Shown here one piece after another: positions 16,846-24,000 of a stretch of DNA of 24,000 nucleotides; the stretch's first letter is position 1; the number at the start of each line of letters is the position of its first letter. The notes below the pieces were generated by a model that was given only the letters and a program-made list of their open reading frames with translations, searched no databases and was not told where the DNA came from. The translations under genes and the position numbers were made by a program. The stretch comes from Erwinia sp. S63 (lineage in GTDB: Bacteria > Pseudomonadota > Gammaproteobacteria > Enterobacterales > Enterobacteriaceae). The DNA lies in contig NZ_JACVUP010000002.1 of the NCBI RefSeq assembly GCF_016625195.1, forward strand, positions 196,711 to 220,710, written 5' to 3'.

Positions 16846-17505
16846 TTGATCAGTCTGCTTCTTGTTGATGACCATGAACTGGTACGCGCCGGTATTCGCC
16901 GCATACTGGAAGATATGAAGGGATTGGTAATTGCCGGGGAAGTGGCTTGTGGTGAAGATGCGGTGAAATGGTGCCGTAGCAATCCGGTTGACGTAGTACT
17001 GATGGACATGAATATGCCTGGCATCGGTGGTCTGGAAGCGACGCGCAAAATTGTGCGCTTCAATCCTGACATCCGCATCATTATGCTGACCATCCATACC
17101 GAAAATCCGCTGCCAGCAAAAGTGATGCAAGCCGGTGCGGCGGGTTATCTGAGTAAGGGGGCGGCCCCGCAGGAAGTGGTGAGTGCGATTCGTTCAGTGC
17201 ACTCTGGACAGCGCTATATCGCATCCGATATCGCGCAGCAAATGGCTCTCAGCCAAATCGAGCCGCAAAAAGCCGAATCGCCGTTTAGCTGTTTGTCGGA
17301 AAGGGAATTGCAGATTATGCTGATGATCACCCGAGGGCAAAAGGTGACGGAAATTTCCGAGCAGCTTAATCTCAGCCCGAAAACCGTTAACAGCTACCGC
17401 TACCGTATGTTCAGCAAGCTGAATATCAGTGGCGACGTAGAGTTAACGCATCTGGCCATTCGACATGGTCTGTATAATGCGGAGCCGTTAATCAGTAGTG
17501 AGTGA
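16846..17505 (+). CDS. uvrY: Response regulator UvrY (GacA/SirA family, partner of BarA)
   Basis: The 219-aa ORF has a TTG start with a GCGGAG RBS and is near-identical in pattern to E. coli UvrY ([19 protein letters not shown]; [34 protein letters not shown]). It overlaps uvrC by 8 nt. Confidence 0.95.
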   Translation: MISLLLVDDHELVRAGIRRILEDMKGLVIAGEVACGEDAVKWCRSNPVDVVLMDMNMPGIGGLEATRKIVRFNPDIRIIMLTIHTENPLPAKVMQAGAAGYLSKGAAPQEVVSAIRSVHSGQRYIASDIAQQMALSQIEPQKAESPFSCLSERELQIMLMITRGQKVTEISEQLNLSPKTVNSYRYRMFSKLNISGDVELTHLAIRHGLYNAEPLISSE

Positions 17506-19330
17506 CGTTTTCAATTCCAAAGCCTTTCTCAGCACCGTGACCAGTCAGCCCGGCGTCTACCGTATGTATGACGCGACAGGCACGGTGATCTATGTAGGTA
17601 AAGCGAAAGACCTCAAAAAACGCCTGACCAGCTATTTCCGCACTCAGGTAGGCAGCCGAAAAACCGAGGTGCTGGTCAGTAACATTCAAAACATCGACGT
17701 GACGGTGACCCATACCGAAACCGAAGCTTTGCTGCTAGAGCACAACTACATCAAGCTCTATCAGCCTCGCTATAACGTGCTGTTGCGCGATGATAAATCC
17801 TATCCTTATATTTTCCTGAGTGCTGACGCGCATCCACGTCTGGCGATGCATCGTGGTGCCAAACACGCGAAAGGGGAATACTTTGGGCCTTTCCCCAATG
17901 GCTATGCGGTGCGAGAAACCCTGGCGCTGTTGCAGAAAGTGTTCCCGATTCGGCAGTGTGAGAACAGTGTTTACCGCAACCGCTCTCGCCCCTGTTTGCA
18001 ATATCAGATTGGCCGTTGCCTTGGGCCGTGCGTGGCCGGGCTGGTCAGCGAAGAAGAGTATGCACAGCAGACAGATTACGTGCGGTTGTTTCTTGCCGGT
18101 AAAGATGATCAAGTGATTAATCAGCTGGTAAAACGCATGGAAGAAGCCAGTTATGGATTGCGCTTCGAAGAGGCGGCGCGTCTGCGCGATCAGATTCAGG
18201 CGGTACGACGCGTCACCGAGAAGCAGTTTGTCTCCAATCAGGGCGATGACCTTGATGTGATGGGTGTGGCATTCGATGCCGGTATGGCCTGCCTGCATGT
18301 GCTGTTTATTCGACAAGGTAAAGTGCTGGGCAGCCGCAGCTACTTCCCGAAAGTGCCTGCTGATACCGATCTTACTGAAGTGGTGCAAACCTTCGTCGGT
18401 CAGTTTTACCTGCAGGGCAGCGAAGCACGCACCTTGCCGGCCGATATTCTGCTGGACTTCAGCCTTCCCGAACGTGAGCTCCTGGCGGATTCATTGAGTG
18501 AACTCGCCGGGCGCAAGGTTAATATTCAAAGCAAGCCACGTGGCGACCGTGCGCGTTACCTTAAACTGGCGCGCACCAATGCTGCCACCGCCCTGACCAC
18601 GAAACTGTCTCAGCACTCCACCATTCAGCAACGCCTGGCGGCGCTGGCAGTGTTTCTCGAACTCGACATCATCAAACGCATGGAGTGCTTTGACATCAGT
18701 CACACCATGGGTGAGCAGACGATTGCCTCATGTGTGGTGTTCAATCGCGATGGTCCGCTGCGTTCCGATTATCGTCGCTACAACATTGAAGGCATCACGC
18801 CAGGCGATGATTACGCCGCGATGAATCAGGTCTTGCGCCGTCGCTATGGCAAAGCGCTGGAAGAGGACAAAATCCCTGATGTCATTATCATCGATGGTGG
18901 CAAAGGTCAGCTGGCGCAGGCGAAACAGGTGTTCGCGGAGCTGGATGTGCCCTGGGATAAAGATCGTCCCATCTTGCTGGGCGTGGCGAAAGGCACCGAC
19001 CGTAAAGCGGGCCTGGAAACGCTGTTTTTTGAGGCGGAAGGAGAGGGCGTTTCGTTGCCGCCGGACTCACCTGCACTGCATGTGATTCAACATATTCGTG
19101 ATGACTCTCACAATCATGCAATTTCGGGCCACCGGAAAAAACGCGCCAAAGTGAAGAACACTAGCGCGCTGGAAAGCATTGAAGGGGTAGGGCCAAAACG
19201 GCGTCAACAGCTGCTTAAGTATATGGGGGGCCTGCAACCCCTGATGAATGCCAGCGTGGATGAGATTGCTAAAGTGCCCGGGATTTCCTTCGCGCTGGCG
19301 GAAAAAATCTACTACTCGCTGAAACACTAG
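17498..19330 (+). CDS. uvrC: Excinuclease ABC subunit C
   Basis: The 610-aa ORF has a GTG start and is colinear with E. coli UvrC (GIY-YIG: [25 protein letters not shown]; C-terminal Hh[18 protein letters not shown]). Confidence 0.97.
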   Translation: MSDVFNSKAFLSTVTSQPGVYRMYDATGTVIYVGKAKDLKKRLTSYFRTQVGSRKTEVLVSNIQNIDVTVTHTETEALLLEHNYIKLYQPRYNVLLRDDKSYPYIFLSADAHPRLAMHRGAKHAKGEYFGPFPNGYAVRETLALLQKVFPIRQCENSVYRNRSRPCLQYQIGRCLGPCVAGLVSEEEYAQQTDYVRLFLAGKDDQVINQLVKRMEEASYGLRFEEAARLRDQIQAVRRVTEKQFVSNQGDDLDVMGVAFDAGMACLHVLFIRQGKVLGSRSYFPKVPADTDLTEVVQTFVGQFYLQGSEARTLPADILLDFSLPERELLADSLSELAGRKVNIQSKPRGDRARYLKLARTNAATALTTKLSQHSTIQQRLAALAVFLELDIIKRMECFDISHTMGEQTIASCVVFNRDGPLRSDYRRYNIEGITPGDDYAAMNQVLRRRYGKALEEDKIPDVIIIDGGKGQLAQAKQVFAELDVPWDKDRPILLGVAKGTDRKAGLETLFFEAEGEGVSLPPDSPALHVIQHIRDDSHNHAISGHRKKRAKVKNTSALESIEGVGPKRRQQLLKYMGGLQPLMNASVDEIAKVPGISFALAEKIYYSLKH

Positions 19331-19398
19331 CATTGAAACAGGGGGGGCAATGTAGGAACATACGTTAAATTCTACTCACACCAGACAGTTACTGGCAT

Positions 19399-19947
19399 AT
19401 GCAATTTAACATTCCGACGTGTCTTACCCTGTTTCGAGTTGTACTGATTCCATTCTTTGTGCTGGCATTTTATCTGCCTTTCTACTGGGCACCTTTTGCC
19501 ACCGCATTGATCTTTGTGGTTGCCGCCGTAACTGACTGGTTTGATGGTTTTCTTGCCCGCCGCTGGAAGCAAACCACACGTTTTGGCGCCTTTCTCGATC
19601 CCGTAGCCGACAAAGTGATGGTCGCGATTGCGCTGGTTCTGGTTGCCGAGTATTTCCACGCCTGGTGGATTACCTTACCGGCAGCGACCATGATTGCGCG
19701 CGAAATTATCATCTCAGCCTTACGTGAGTGGATGGCGGAGATTGGTAAGCGCAGCAGCGTGGCCGTTTCCTGGATTGGCAAAGTGAAAACCACGGCGCAG
19801 ATGTTCTCACTGTTCGCCTTGCTGTGGCGCCCAGACGCAACCGTAGTGGGAGTGGGCGTGGTGGCACTGTATATCGCCGCGGTGCTGACCTTCTGGTCAA
19901 TGTTCCAGTATTTAAGCGCCGCACGCGGTGATTTGCTCGATAGCTGA
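19399..19947 (+). CDS. pgsA: CDP-diacylglycerol-glycerol-3-phosphate 3-phosphatidyltransferase
   Basis: The 182-aa ORF starts MQFNIPT.LTLFRV.LIPFFV and carries the CDP-alcohol phosphatidyltransferase motif D.FDG.LAR.....[12 protein letters not shown]. Confidence 0.95.
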   Translation: MQFNIPTCLTLFRVVLIPFFVLAFYLPFYWAPFATALIFVVAAVTDWFDGFLARRWKQTTRFGAFLDPVADKVMVAIALVLVAEYFHAWWITLPAATMIAREIIISALREWMAEIGKRSSVAVSWIGKVKTTAQMFSLFALLWRPDATVVGVGVVALYIAAVLTFWSMFQYLSAARGDLLDS

Positions 19948-19997
19948 TCGATACGATTTAAAAAGCAGCAAACGGACGCACTGTGTGGATAATTCTA

Positions 19998-20025
19998 TTG
20001 ACTCATTGCGTCAGATAAGTAGAAT
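19998..20025 (+). promoter_or_regulatory. Candidate sigma70 promoter of the glyW-cysT-leuZ tRNA operon
   Basis: TTGACT (19998-20003), a 16-nt spacer and TAGAAT (20020-20025) are followed by a GC-rich discriminator (GCATCGC), as is typical of stringently controlled stable-RNA promoters. It lies about 60 nt upstream of tRNA-Gly. Confidence 0.5.
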
Positions 20026-20088
20026 GCATCGCATCGAACGGCAGCGAGTCTGCAAGAAGCTGAATAAAATCAGCGAGTTCGGTGAATT

Positions 20089-20164
<76 letters not shown>

Positions 20165-20206
20165 AATTTAGTCCTCCGTTGTTAACGGATGACACATCAG
20201 AATAAA

Positions 20207-20280
20207 GGCGCGTTGGCAGAGTGGCCATGCAACGGATTGCAAATCCGTCTACCTCGGTTCGACTCCGGGACGCGCCTCCA
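20207..20280 (+). tRNA. cysT: tRNA-Cys (anticodon GCA)
   Basis: The gene is 74 nt: acceptor GGCGCGT/ACGCGCC, anticodon loop TTGCAAA, T-loop GTTCGACTC, and an encoded CCA. Confidence 0.95.
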
Positions 20281-20291
20281 ATTTACACCCT

Positions 20292-20377
20292 GCCCGGGTG
20301 GTGAAATCGGTAGACACAAGGGATTTAAAATCCCTCGGCTTATGGCTGTGCGGGTTCAAGTCCCGCCCCGGGTACCA
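20292..20377 (+). tRNA. leuZ: tRNA-Leu (anticodon TAA), class II with long variable arm
   Basis: The gene is 86 nt: acceptor GCCCGGG/CCCGGGT (G1.U72 as in E. coli leuZ), anticodon loop TTTAAAA, T-loop GTTCAAGTC, and an encoded CCA. The acceptor stem is intact and shows a compensatory G7-C66 relative to E. coli. Confidence 0.95.
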
Positions 20378-20431
20378 TATTTAGTCGTCTCTAAAACCAA
20401 ATAAAATCAAAGCAATATAAGCAATGTCGTG

Positions 20432-20452
20432 ACCGCCCAAGGGCGGTTTTTT
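20432..20452 (+). terminator. Rho-independent terminator after the tRNA operon
   Basis: ACCGCCC-aa-GGGCGGT is followed by TTTTTT. Confidence 0.75.
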
Positions 20453-20468
20453 GTTACCCGAAATTTAT

Positions 20469-20493
20469 TTCCTAATATCACTTCCTAATATCA
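20469..20493. repeat. Tandem 12-nt direct repeat TTCCTAATATCA x2 at the int-proximal end of the element
   Basis: The two copies (20469-20480 and 20482-20493) are exact and separated by 1 nt. The second copy contains the int stop codon. They are candidate arm-type Int binding sites. Confidence 0.45.
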
Positions 20494-21513
20494 GACGCTC
20501 TTTTTCTGCCCACCTACTACAGGAACGACTACGATCTTGCGGTCATAGGCTGCAGTTTGCTCGACGTTCTTATGCCCAGTGATTGCCATTTTTTCATAAA
20601 GATCACCTTCAAGGTCAGATACTCCTTTTGCCTTTAAATCATGGAAGGTGAAATCAAAAAGCAGTTCTGGGAATTTCGTGCGCGCTTCTTCACGGGCTGC
20701 GCGCCAGCGACTGTTAAATCCATCGCGGGTATATCCCGAACCGTTAGGCTGGTGGATGATGAAAATACTGCTCATGCCAGGCTTTAAATGTAAGCCAGCA
20801 GCCATGCCGATAACTGAGGCAAGGCGAGGGGACCACCCTTTAATTTGCGGCACACTGGTTTTGCTCTGCTTAATCAAAATACCTTCTTCAATAATCTGGC
20901 TCTTTTTCATAGAAAGTACGTCAGACTGTCGTGCACAGCATAAATACGCCAGCTCCATTGCAACCTTCACGATATCGGCTGCGCAGGAGTATACCGCCTG
21001 ATATTCAGCATCAGTAACGTAACGGTCTCTCGCTTCCTCCTTGTACTTCCTCACCCCTTTAGTGGGATTGCTCTTCACCATGCCTCTCTCGTAACCCCAG
21101 CGATACATACGGGACATGAATGCCTTCTCACGGTTAGCCTGGACGCGGCTTTTCAATCCTCGCTTGTCCATGTACTTCCTGACGTGCTCAGGCTTGATCG
21201 CATCAGAAGGCATGGCACCAAAGACAGACAAAACATTTTTGGAATACTTGAGGTAGTCCTTCTGTGTTTCCCGCGCCAACTCAAAGAAATCTGCCGACTT
21301 AAAGAAACGGTCAGCCAGCGATGCCAAAAGCTTGTCGTCGGGTATTTCGTTGATCAGCGCTTCATACGCTGCCCAAACCTTAGACTGCACAGCATCAAGA
21401 CTGCAAAGGCGAATAGCGCCGCCATTCTTAGGGTGGAACTCGTAAGCTGAACGACCGCGATAAACTCGCGGCGGCATCCATGCGTCTTCAGTGTTTTTTC
21501 TTGTTCTTGCCAT
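20491..21513 (-). CDS. int: Phage tyrosine integrase
   Basis: The 340-aa ORF has a C-terminal catalytic-domain pattern: ...LAYLCCARQSD..., FTFHDLKAKGVSD, ITGHKNVEQTAAYDR (nucleophile Tyr). It is adjacent to a tRNA gene. Confidence 0.9.
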   Translation of the reverse strand: MARTRKNTEDAWMPPRVYRGRSAYEFHPKNGGAIRLCSLDAVQSKVWAAYEALINEIPDDKLLASLADRFFKSADFFELARETQKDYLKYSKNVLSVFGAMPSDAIKPEHVRKYMDKRGLKSRVQANREKAFMSRMYRWGYERGMVKSNPTKGVRKYKEEARDRYVTDAEYQAVYSCAADIVKVAMELAYLCCARQSDVLSMKKSQIIEEGILIKQSKTSVPQIKGWSPRLASVIGMAAGLHLKPGMSSIFIIHQPNGSGYTRDGFNSRWRAAREEARTKFPELLFDFTFHDLKAKGVSDLEGDLYEKMAITGHKNVEQTAAYDRKIVVVPVVGGQKKSV

Positions 21514-21743
21514 TAATCCAGCGCGCCAAAGTTTGGTTCATGGGTTTCCTGCTCAGCCACTTTGCGATGGGTAATCGGATCGTTAAAGTGCTGCCAGGTT
21601 GTTCTTGGACGGCCATCACGTCTCACAACGAAGAAGATGCCAGCCTGCTTTAGGCAATTGCACTGCTTTGAAGGAATCTTGTAGCCGGTTAATTTTTCGA
21701 TGTCAGCATCGGAAATAATGTCGTTCTGCATAGCCATCTCCAC
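21513..21743 (-). CDS. DUF4224-type small protein (excisionase-like position)
   Basis: The 76-aa ORF contains ...DIEKLTGYKIPSKQCNCLKQAGIFFVVRRDGRPRTT, which resembles the DUF4224 pattern (LTGYK.P..Q...L...GI.F....DGRP). Its stop overlaps the int start (TAATG). The start is ambiguous: GTG 21743, ATG 21737 or ATG 21731. Confidence 0.6.
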   Translation of the reverse strand: MEMAMQNDIISDADIEKLTGYKIPSKQCNCLKQAGIFFVVRRDGRPRTTWQHFNDPITHRKVAEQETHEPNFGALD

Positions 21744-21782
21744 GCTTTACCTGCTGCAACAGGCGTTGATTGCTGTGACATG

Positions 21783-22121
21783 TCACAGTGATAATTTCGT
21801 TTCGTGCCAACCAAGGTTGACCCAACAGGCCGCTTCGCCCTTACACGGGCAATCCTGCACAGGAAGTTGATCGCCACACTTCCCGCACTGCCGACCACTC
21901 AACTGTTCCTGCGTAGCCAGTAGCTCTGCGTGATACTTGCGAATCATGAGTGACACCAGTTCTTCCCGGCTGTATGGCTCACGACCTGGACGGCGTTGAG
22001 AGCAATCGTAATCGAGCATTTGCAGCTCTTCGGCATCAAGTACCAGTTCAACCTTTGTTTCACCGGCAGCGGCCTGACGTGCCCGTTGCGCTGCTTTGCG
22101 TTCTGCTGGTGACATCGACAT
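21783..22121 (-). CDS. Hypothetical phage protein with a C-terminal Cys cluster
   Basis: The 112-aa ORF has a strong GGAGG RBS (22129-22133). Its start overlaps the HNH stop (TGATG). The C-terminus reads CGKCGDQLPVQDCPCKGEAAC (a zinc-ribbon-like pattern) and the N-terminus is basic and Ala-rich. The family was not recognised. Confidence 0.55.
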   Translation of the reverse strand: MSMSPAERKAAQRARQAAAGETKVELVLDAEELQMLDYDCSQRRPGREPYSREELVSLMIRKYHAELLATQEQLSGRQCGKCGDQLPVQDCPCKGEAACWVNLGWHETKLSL

Positions 22122-22684
22122 CAGCCAGCCTCCGACCGCTTAGCTTCGGTGGTGGCAGGCTTGTATGACCGGCCATAAATAATCGACTCAATGGTAGATG
22201 TGCTCACATGGAAATCAGCGGCTAAATCCTTCACCTTTTCACCACAACGCCTGCGACGGCGAATTTGAGCAGCCTGACCACCAGTTAACTTAGCGCCAGG
22301 GTGATTGCTACCACCAAGATAAGTGCCATGATTCATGCGATCAGCTGCATTCTCCCTGGCTGTGCCGTACCTTAAATTTGATGGGCGGTTATCTTTCGGA
22401 TTTCCATTCAGGTGGCGCACCTGACATCCATGAGGGCATGGCCCGTGAAAAGCGTCCGCAACTAACTGATGAACACCTACAGGTCGCGATTTCCCTGATT
22501 CAAATGAAACGCTGACAGTCAAATAACCTTTGGGTGAGGCAGCTTGTTTCAGTTCAAACTGGAACTCAGAATCTATCGAAGATACAGACCCGCGCTGCTT
22601 GCCTTTTCCACGCCTGCGATGTGAGATTACACGGCAATCATCAGTTGCTGAGTATCCCGTAAAAGAAGGGCATGATTTATTCAT
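22121..22684 (-). CDS. HNH endonuclease with NUMOD4-like N-terminus and C-terminal HTH
   Basis: The start was trimmed to ATG 22684 with an AGGAG RBS and an ATGA overlap with the upstream stop. The HNH_3-type core is [12 protein letters not shown]......[27 protein letters not shown]. The C-terminus ([13 protein letters not shown]....[25 protein letters not shown]) is typical of phage homing-type HNH enzymes. Confidence 0.8.
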   Translation of the reverse strand: MNKSCPSFTGYSATDDCRVISHRRRGKGKQRGSVSSIDSEFQFELKQAASPKGYLTVSVSFESGKSRPVGVHQLVADAFHGPCPHGCQVRHLNGNPKDNRPSNLRYGTARENAADRMNHGTYLGGSNHPGAKLTGGQAAQIRRRRRCGEKVKDLAADFHVSTSTIESIIYGRSYKPATTEAKRSEAG

Positions 22685-23340
22685 TGGACTCTCCTGAAGT
22701 TGATCACCCAAACATACGGGTTATCAGACCAACTTTCCTCTCCGTATAGTTCACTCCATAGCCCACGAAACCATGTACGTGCCTGATGTTCGTCTTCAGG
22801 GTTATCCGGTAATTGAGCAGGGCAACCTTCATTGCGAGCGTCATCGTCAGACAAAGCAGTCAACCGCTCCACACGAACACCGGTAATCTCCAGCGTTATG
22901 CGGGAAGCCCAGCGCGGCATGTGGATGGATGGACGCGAACGCCAGAAGTCTTCCCGTGCGCGCTGTGCAGGACGCTTTACGCCATCAGCTGGATAAAGCA
23001 CCTGTTTGTCGCTGACGAAATAAGAATCTTCACGGTCATAACCACCACCTTGCCAGTGACCATGCTCGAAGAAGTTCTCACGCACCCACAGGCGCTCACC
23101 TACTGCACCGAGCGGACACTTAGCCAGAAACTGCTCTTTGGTGTAGTCGCACCATGTGCCGCTCTGATTACGCATTGAGAAAACGTGTTCGCCATACCAC
23201 TTGTCGCCAGGCTCTCGATAATCGATAGCCAGTTCTGTGACCATCTTGGCGATCACGATGATTGGCGTATCCATGCTCATAGCAGCTGCGAATGCGTGAC
23301 CTGCTTTCACCAGCTCTTTGTTTGATTGTTGGTTAGTCAT
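22681..23340 (-). CDS. Phage ASCH/PUA-like domain protein (divergent N-terminus)
   Basis: The start was trimmed to ATG 23340 (MTNQQSNK...), giving 219 aa. The pattern [12 protein letters not shown]...[25 protein letters not shown]...DDDARNEG...FRGLW...[12 protein letters not shown] matches a widespread phage family usually annotated as ASCH domain-containing. The SD (GAGG) overlaps the upstream stop codon. Confidence 0.5.
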   Translation of the reverse strand: MTNQQSNKELVKAGHAFAAAMSMDTPIIVIAKMVTELAIDYREPGDKWYGEHVFSMRNQSGTWCDYTKEQFLAKCPLGAVGERLWVRENFFEHGHWQGGGYDREDSYFVSDKQVLYPADGVKRPAQRAREDFWRSRPSIHMPRWASRITLEITGVRVERLTALSDDDARNEGCPAQLPDNPEDEHQARTWFRGLWSELYGEESWSDNPYVWVINFRRVQ

Positions 23341-23350
23341 GCTGGTGGCC

Positions 23351-23512
23351 TCAGTGAACTGTACGGTGAGCGCTGTTGAGACGTTCAGCTGCGTTCTGTG
23401 CTGCAACAGGGTTATGGATTATTGAGCCGTCAGGCATGATCCAACCCGCCAAAATGATGCTGTAGGGCAGGGTGATGATGCCCACTGTTATATGGTCTTT
23501 AGGGTGTTCCAT
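23351..23512 (-). CDS. Small (53 aa) predicted single-pass membrane peptide
   Basis: ATG 23512 is preceded by a strong GGAGGA SD (23516-23521). The sequence is MEHPKDHITVGIITLPYSIILAGWIMPDGSIIHNPVAAQNAAERLNSAHRTVH, with one hydrophobic span. The 85-aa track version starts at a TTG inside a hairpin and is less likely. Confidence 0.4.
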   Translation of the reverse strand: MEHPKDHITVGIITLPYSIILAGWIMPDGSIIHNPVAAQNAAERLNSAHRTVH

Positions 23513-23847
23513 ACTTCCTCCACGCTGTTTTTTGTTTGCACGAATCCCTTGCCGTTGATGGCAATAAATCACTGAGGGATTCATAAAATTGGCTGGCAGG
23601 TTCTGCAAAACCTGCAGCCGGTTAACTCCACGCTATGAAAGGTATTGCGGTGCCGGGTGCCTCCCGGTGCTCTGGCCGAACTGACAAGGTCCAGAGCGGT
23701 GACTTTAGACTTCTAGCCCCAACTGACCGCATGAAAGTTGGTATCAGTTCTCCGCGAGCGCATAGCCACATTCACCACAACGTTGAGAGCACTTAGCGCT
23801 CTAATGGCGCGCCAGAGTACGCCCACCAAATGCTCTCATCGTTGTGC
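23513..23847 (-). other. ORF-free, highly self-complementary segment (candidate structured RNA / processing or leader region)
   Basis: No ORF of 60 aa or more occurs on either strand across about 335 nt, in an operon that otherwise has gaps of 0-40 nt. Several stems were verified by hand (see findings). The strand is assigned only from operon context. Confidence 0.35.
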
Positions 23848-24000
23848 TTATTTAGATCGGCGCTTAAACAAGACCTGCGCATCGTCACGTGTCATGTTTT
23901 TATCAACATAACGCCAACTTACTGCGATTCCTCCCTTTGCGTGCCGGCAGTAGTTTTCGCACTTACGCCAGACAGAGAAGGTGTTGTTGCTGATGTCCCT
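23848..24000 (-). CDS. 3' end of a phage CDS entering from beyond the window
   Basis: The minus-strand frame is open from the window edge to TAA (23848-23850): ...NNTFSVWRKCENYCRHAKGGIAVSWRYVDKNMTRDDAQVLFKRRSK*. The family was not recognised. Confidence 0.4.
   Translation of the reverse strand, partial: RDISNNTFSVWRKCENYCRHAKGGIAVSWRYVDKNMTRDDAQVLFKRRSK

Larger units (their letters stand above)
20453..24000. mobile_element. One arm of an integrated lambdoid-type prophage or prophage remnant at tRNA-Leu (extends beyond the window)
   Basis: A tyrosine integrase is transcribed toward the tRNA and is followed upstream by an xis-like gene and tightly packed phage-type early genes, all on the minus strand. 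E. coli-type core synteny is lost after leuZ. The left boundary is approximate because the att core was not identified. Confidence 0.8.

Noticed and set aside
20189-20404. 71-aa + ORF
   Set aside because: It reads straight through tRNA-Cys and tRNA-Leu.
20620-20660. Integrase catalytic box reads HDLK (FHDLKAKG) instead of the canonical H-x-x-R
   Set aside because: Without a proper alignment it is not possible to tell whether the Lys truly occupies the second catalytic Arg position. A subfamily of phage integrases appears to share this motif, so it is not flagged as a defect.
21689-21898. 69-aa minus ORF bridging the xis-like and Cys-cluster genes
   Set aside because: It overlaps both better-supported neighbours out of frame and has no RBS.
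23513-23608. 85-aa version of the small prophage ORF (TTG start at 23608)
   Set aside because: The TTG lies in the loop of the 11-bp hairpin (23591-23619) and has no SD. The internal ATG at 23512 has a GGAGGA SD.
23635-23796. 53-aa + strand ORF (MKGIAVPGASRCSGR...) and a 49-aa minus-strand ORF (MWLCARGELIPTF...) inside the structured region
   Set aside because: Neither has a usable SD, and both have Arg/Ser/His-rich composition with no recognisable fold or family. They are kept only as a caveat to the non-coding interpretation.

Overview
This is an Enterobacterales chromosomal window. The proteins align by eye with E. coli orthologues. The gene order looks more like an Erwinia/Pantoea-type relative, but that cannot be settled without a database search.

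Positions 1 to about 20450 are core genome, in this order:
- the C-terminus of an Ala/Lys-rich repeat protein and an aldehyde dehydrogenase
- wrbA-yccJ, then a small KGG-repeat gene (ymdF) that is too short for the ORF track
- a DMT/EamA transporter
- a rutABCD-FG pyrimidine-degradation operon that lacks rutE, with a sigma54 promoter, a RutR-box-like operator and divergent rutR
- a YdjM-type membrane hydrolase, cycA, an extensin-like protein and an unknown polytopic membrane protein
- an AT-rich patch carrying an SdiA-orthologous LuxR, a perfect 20-bp lux-box-type palindrome and a RhlI-like LuxI-family synthase
- yecF, uvrY-uvrC-pgsA and the glyW-cysT-leuZ tRNA operon

From about 20450 to the window end is one arm of an integrated lambdoid-type element next to tRNA-Leu. 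It carries int, a DUF4224/xis-like gene, a Cys-rich protein, a NUMOD4/HNH nuclease, an ASCH/PUA-like protein, a small transmembrane peptide, a ~330-nt ORF-free and highly self-complementary region, and a partial CDS.

The three items most worth follow-up:
1. The sdiA locus still carries a cognate but atypical AHL synthase and a lux box.
2. The prophage has a translationally coupled reader-like/HNH cassette.
3. The prophage has a structured non-coding segment.

All family calls rest on by-eye motif and alignment recognition. No searches were run.
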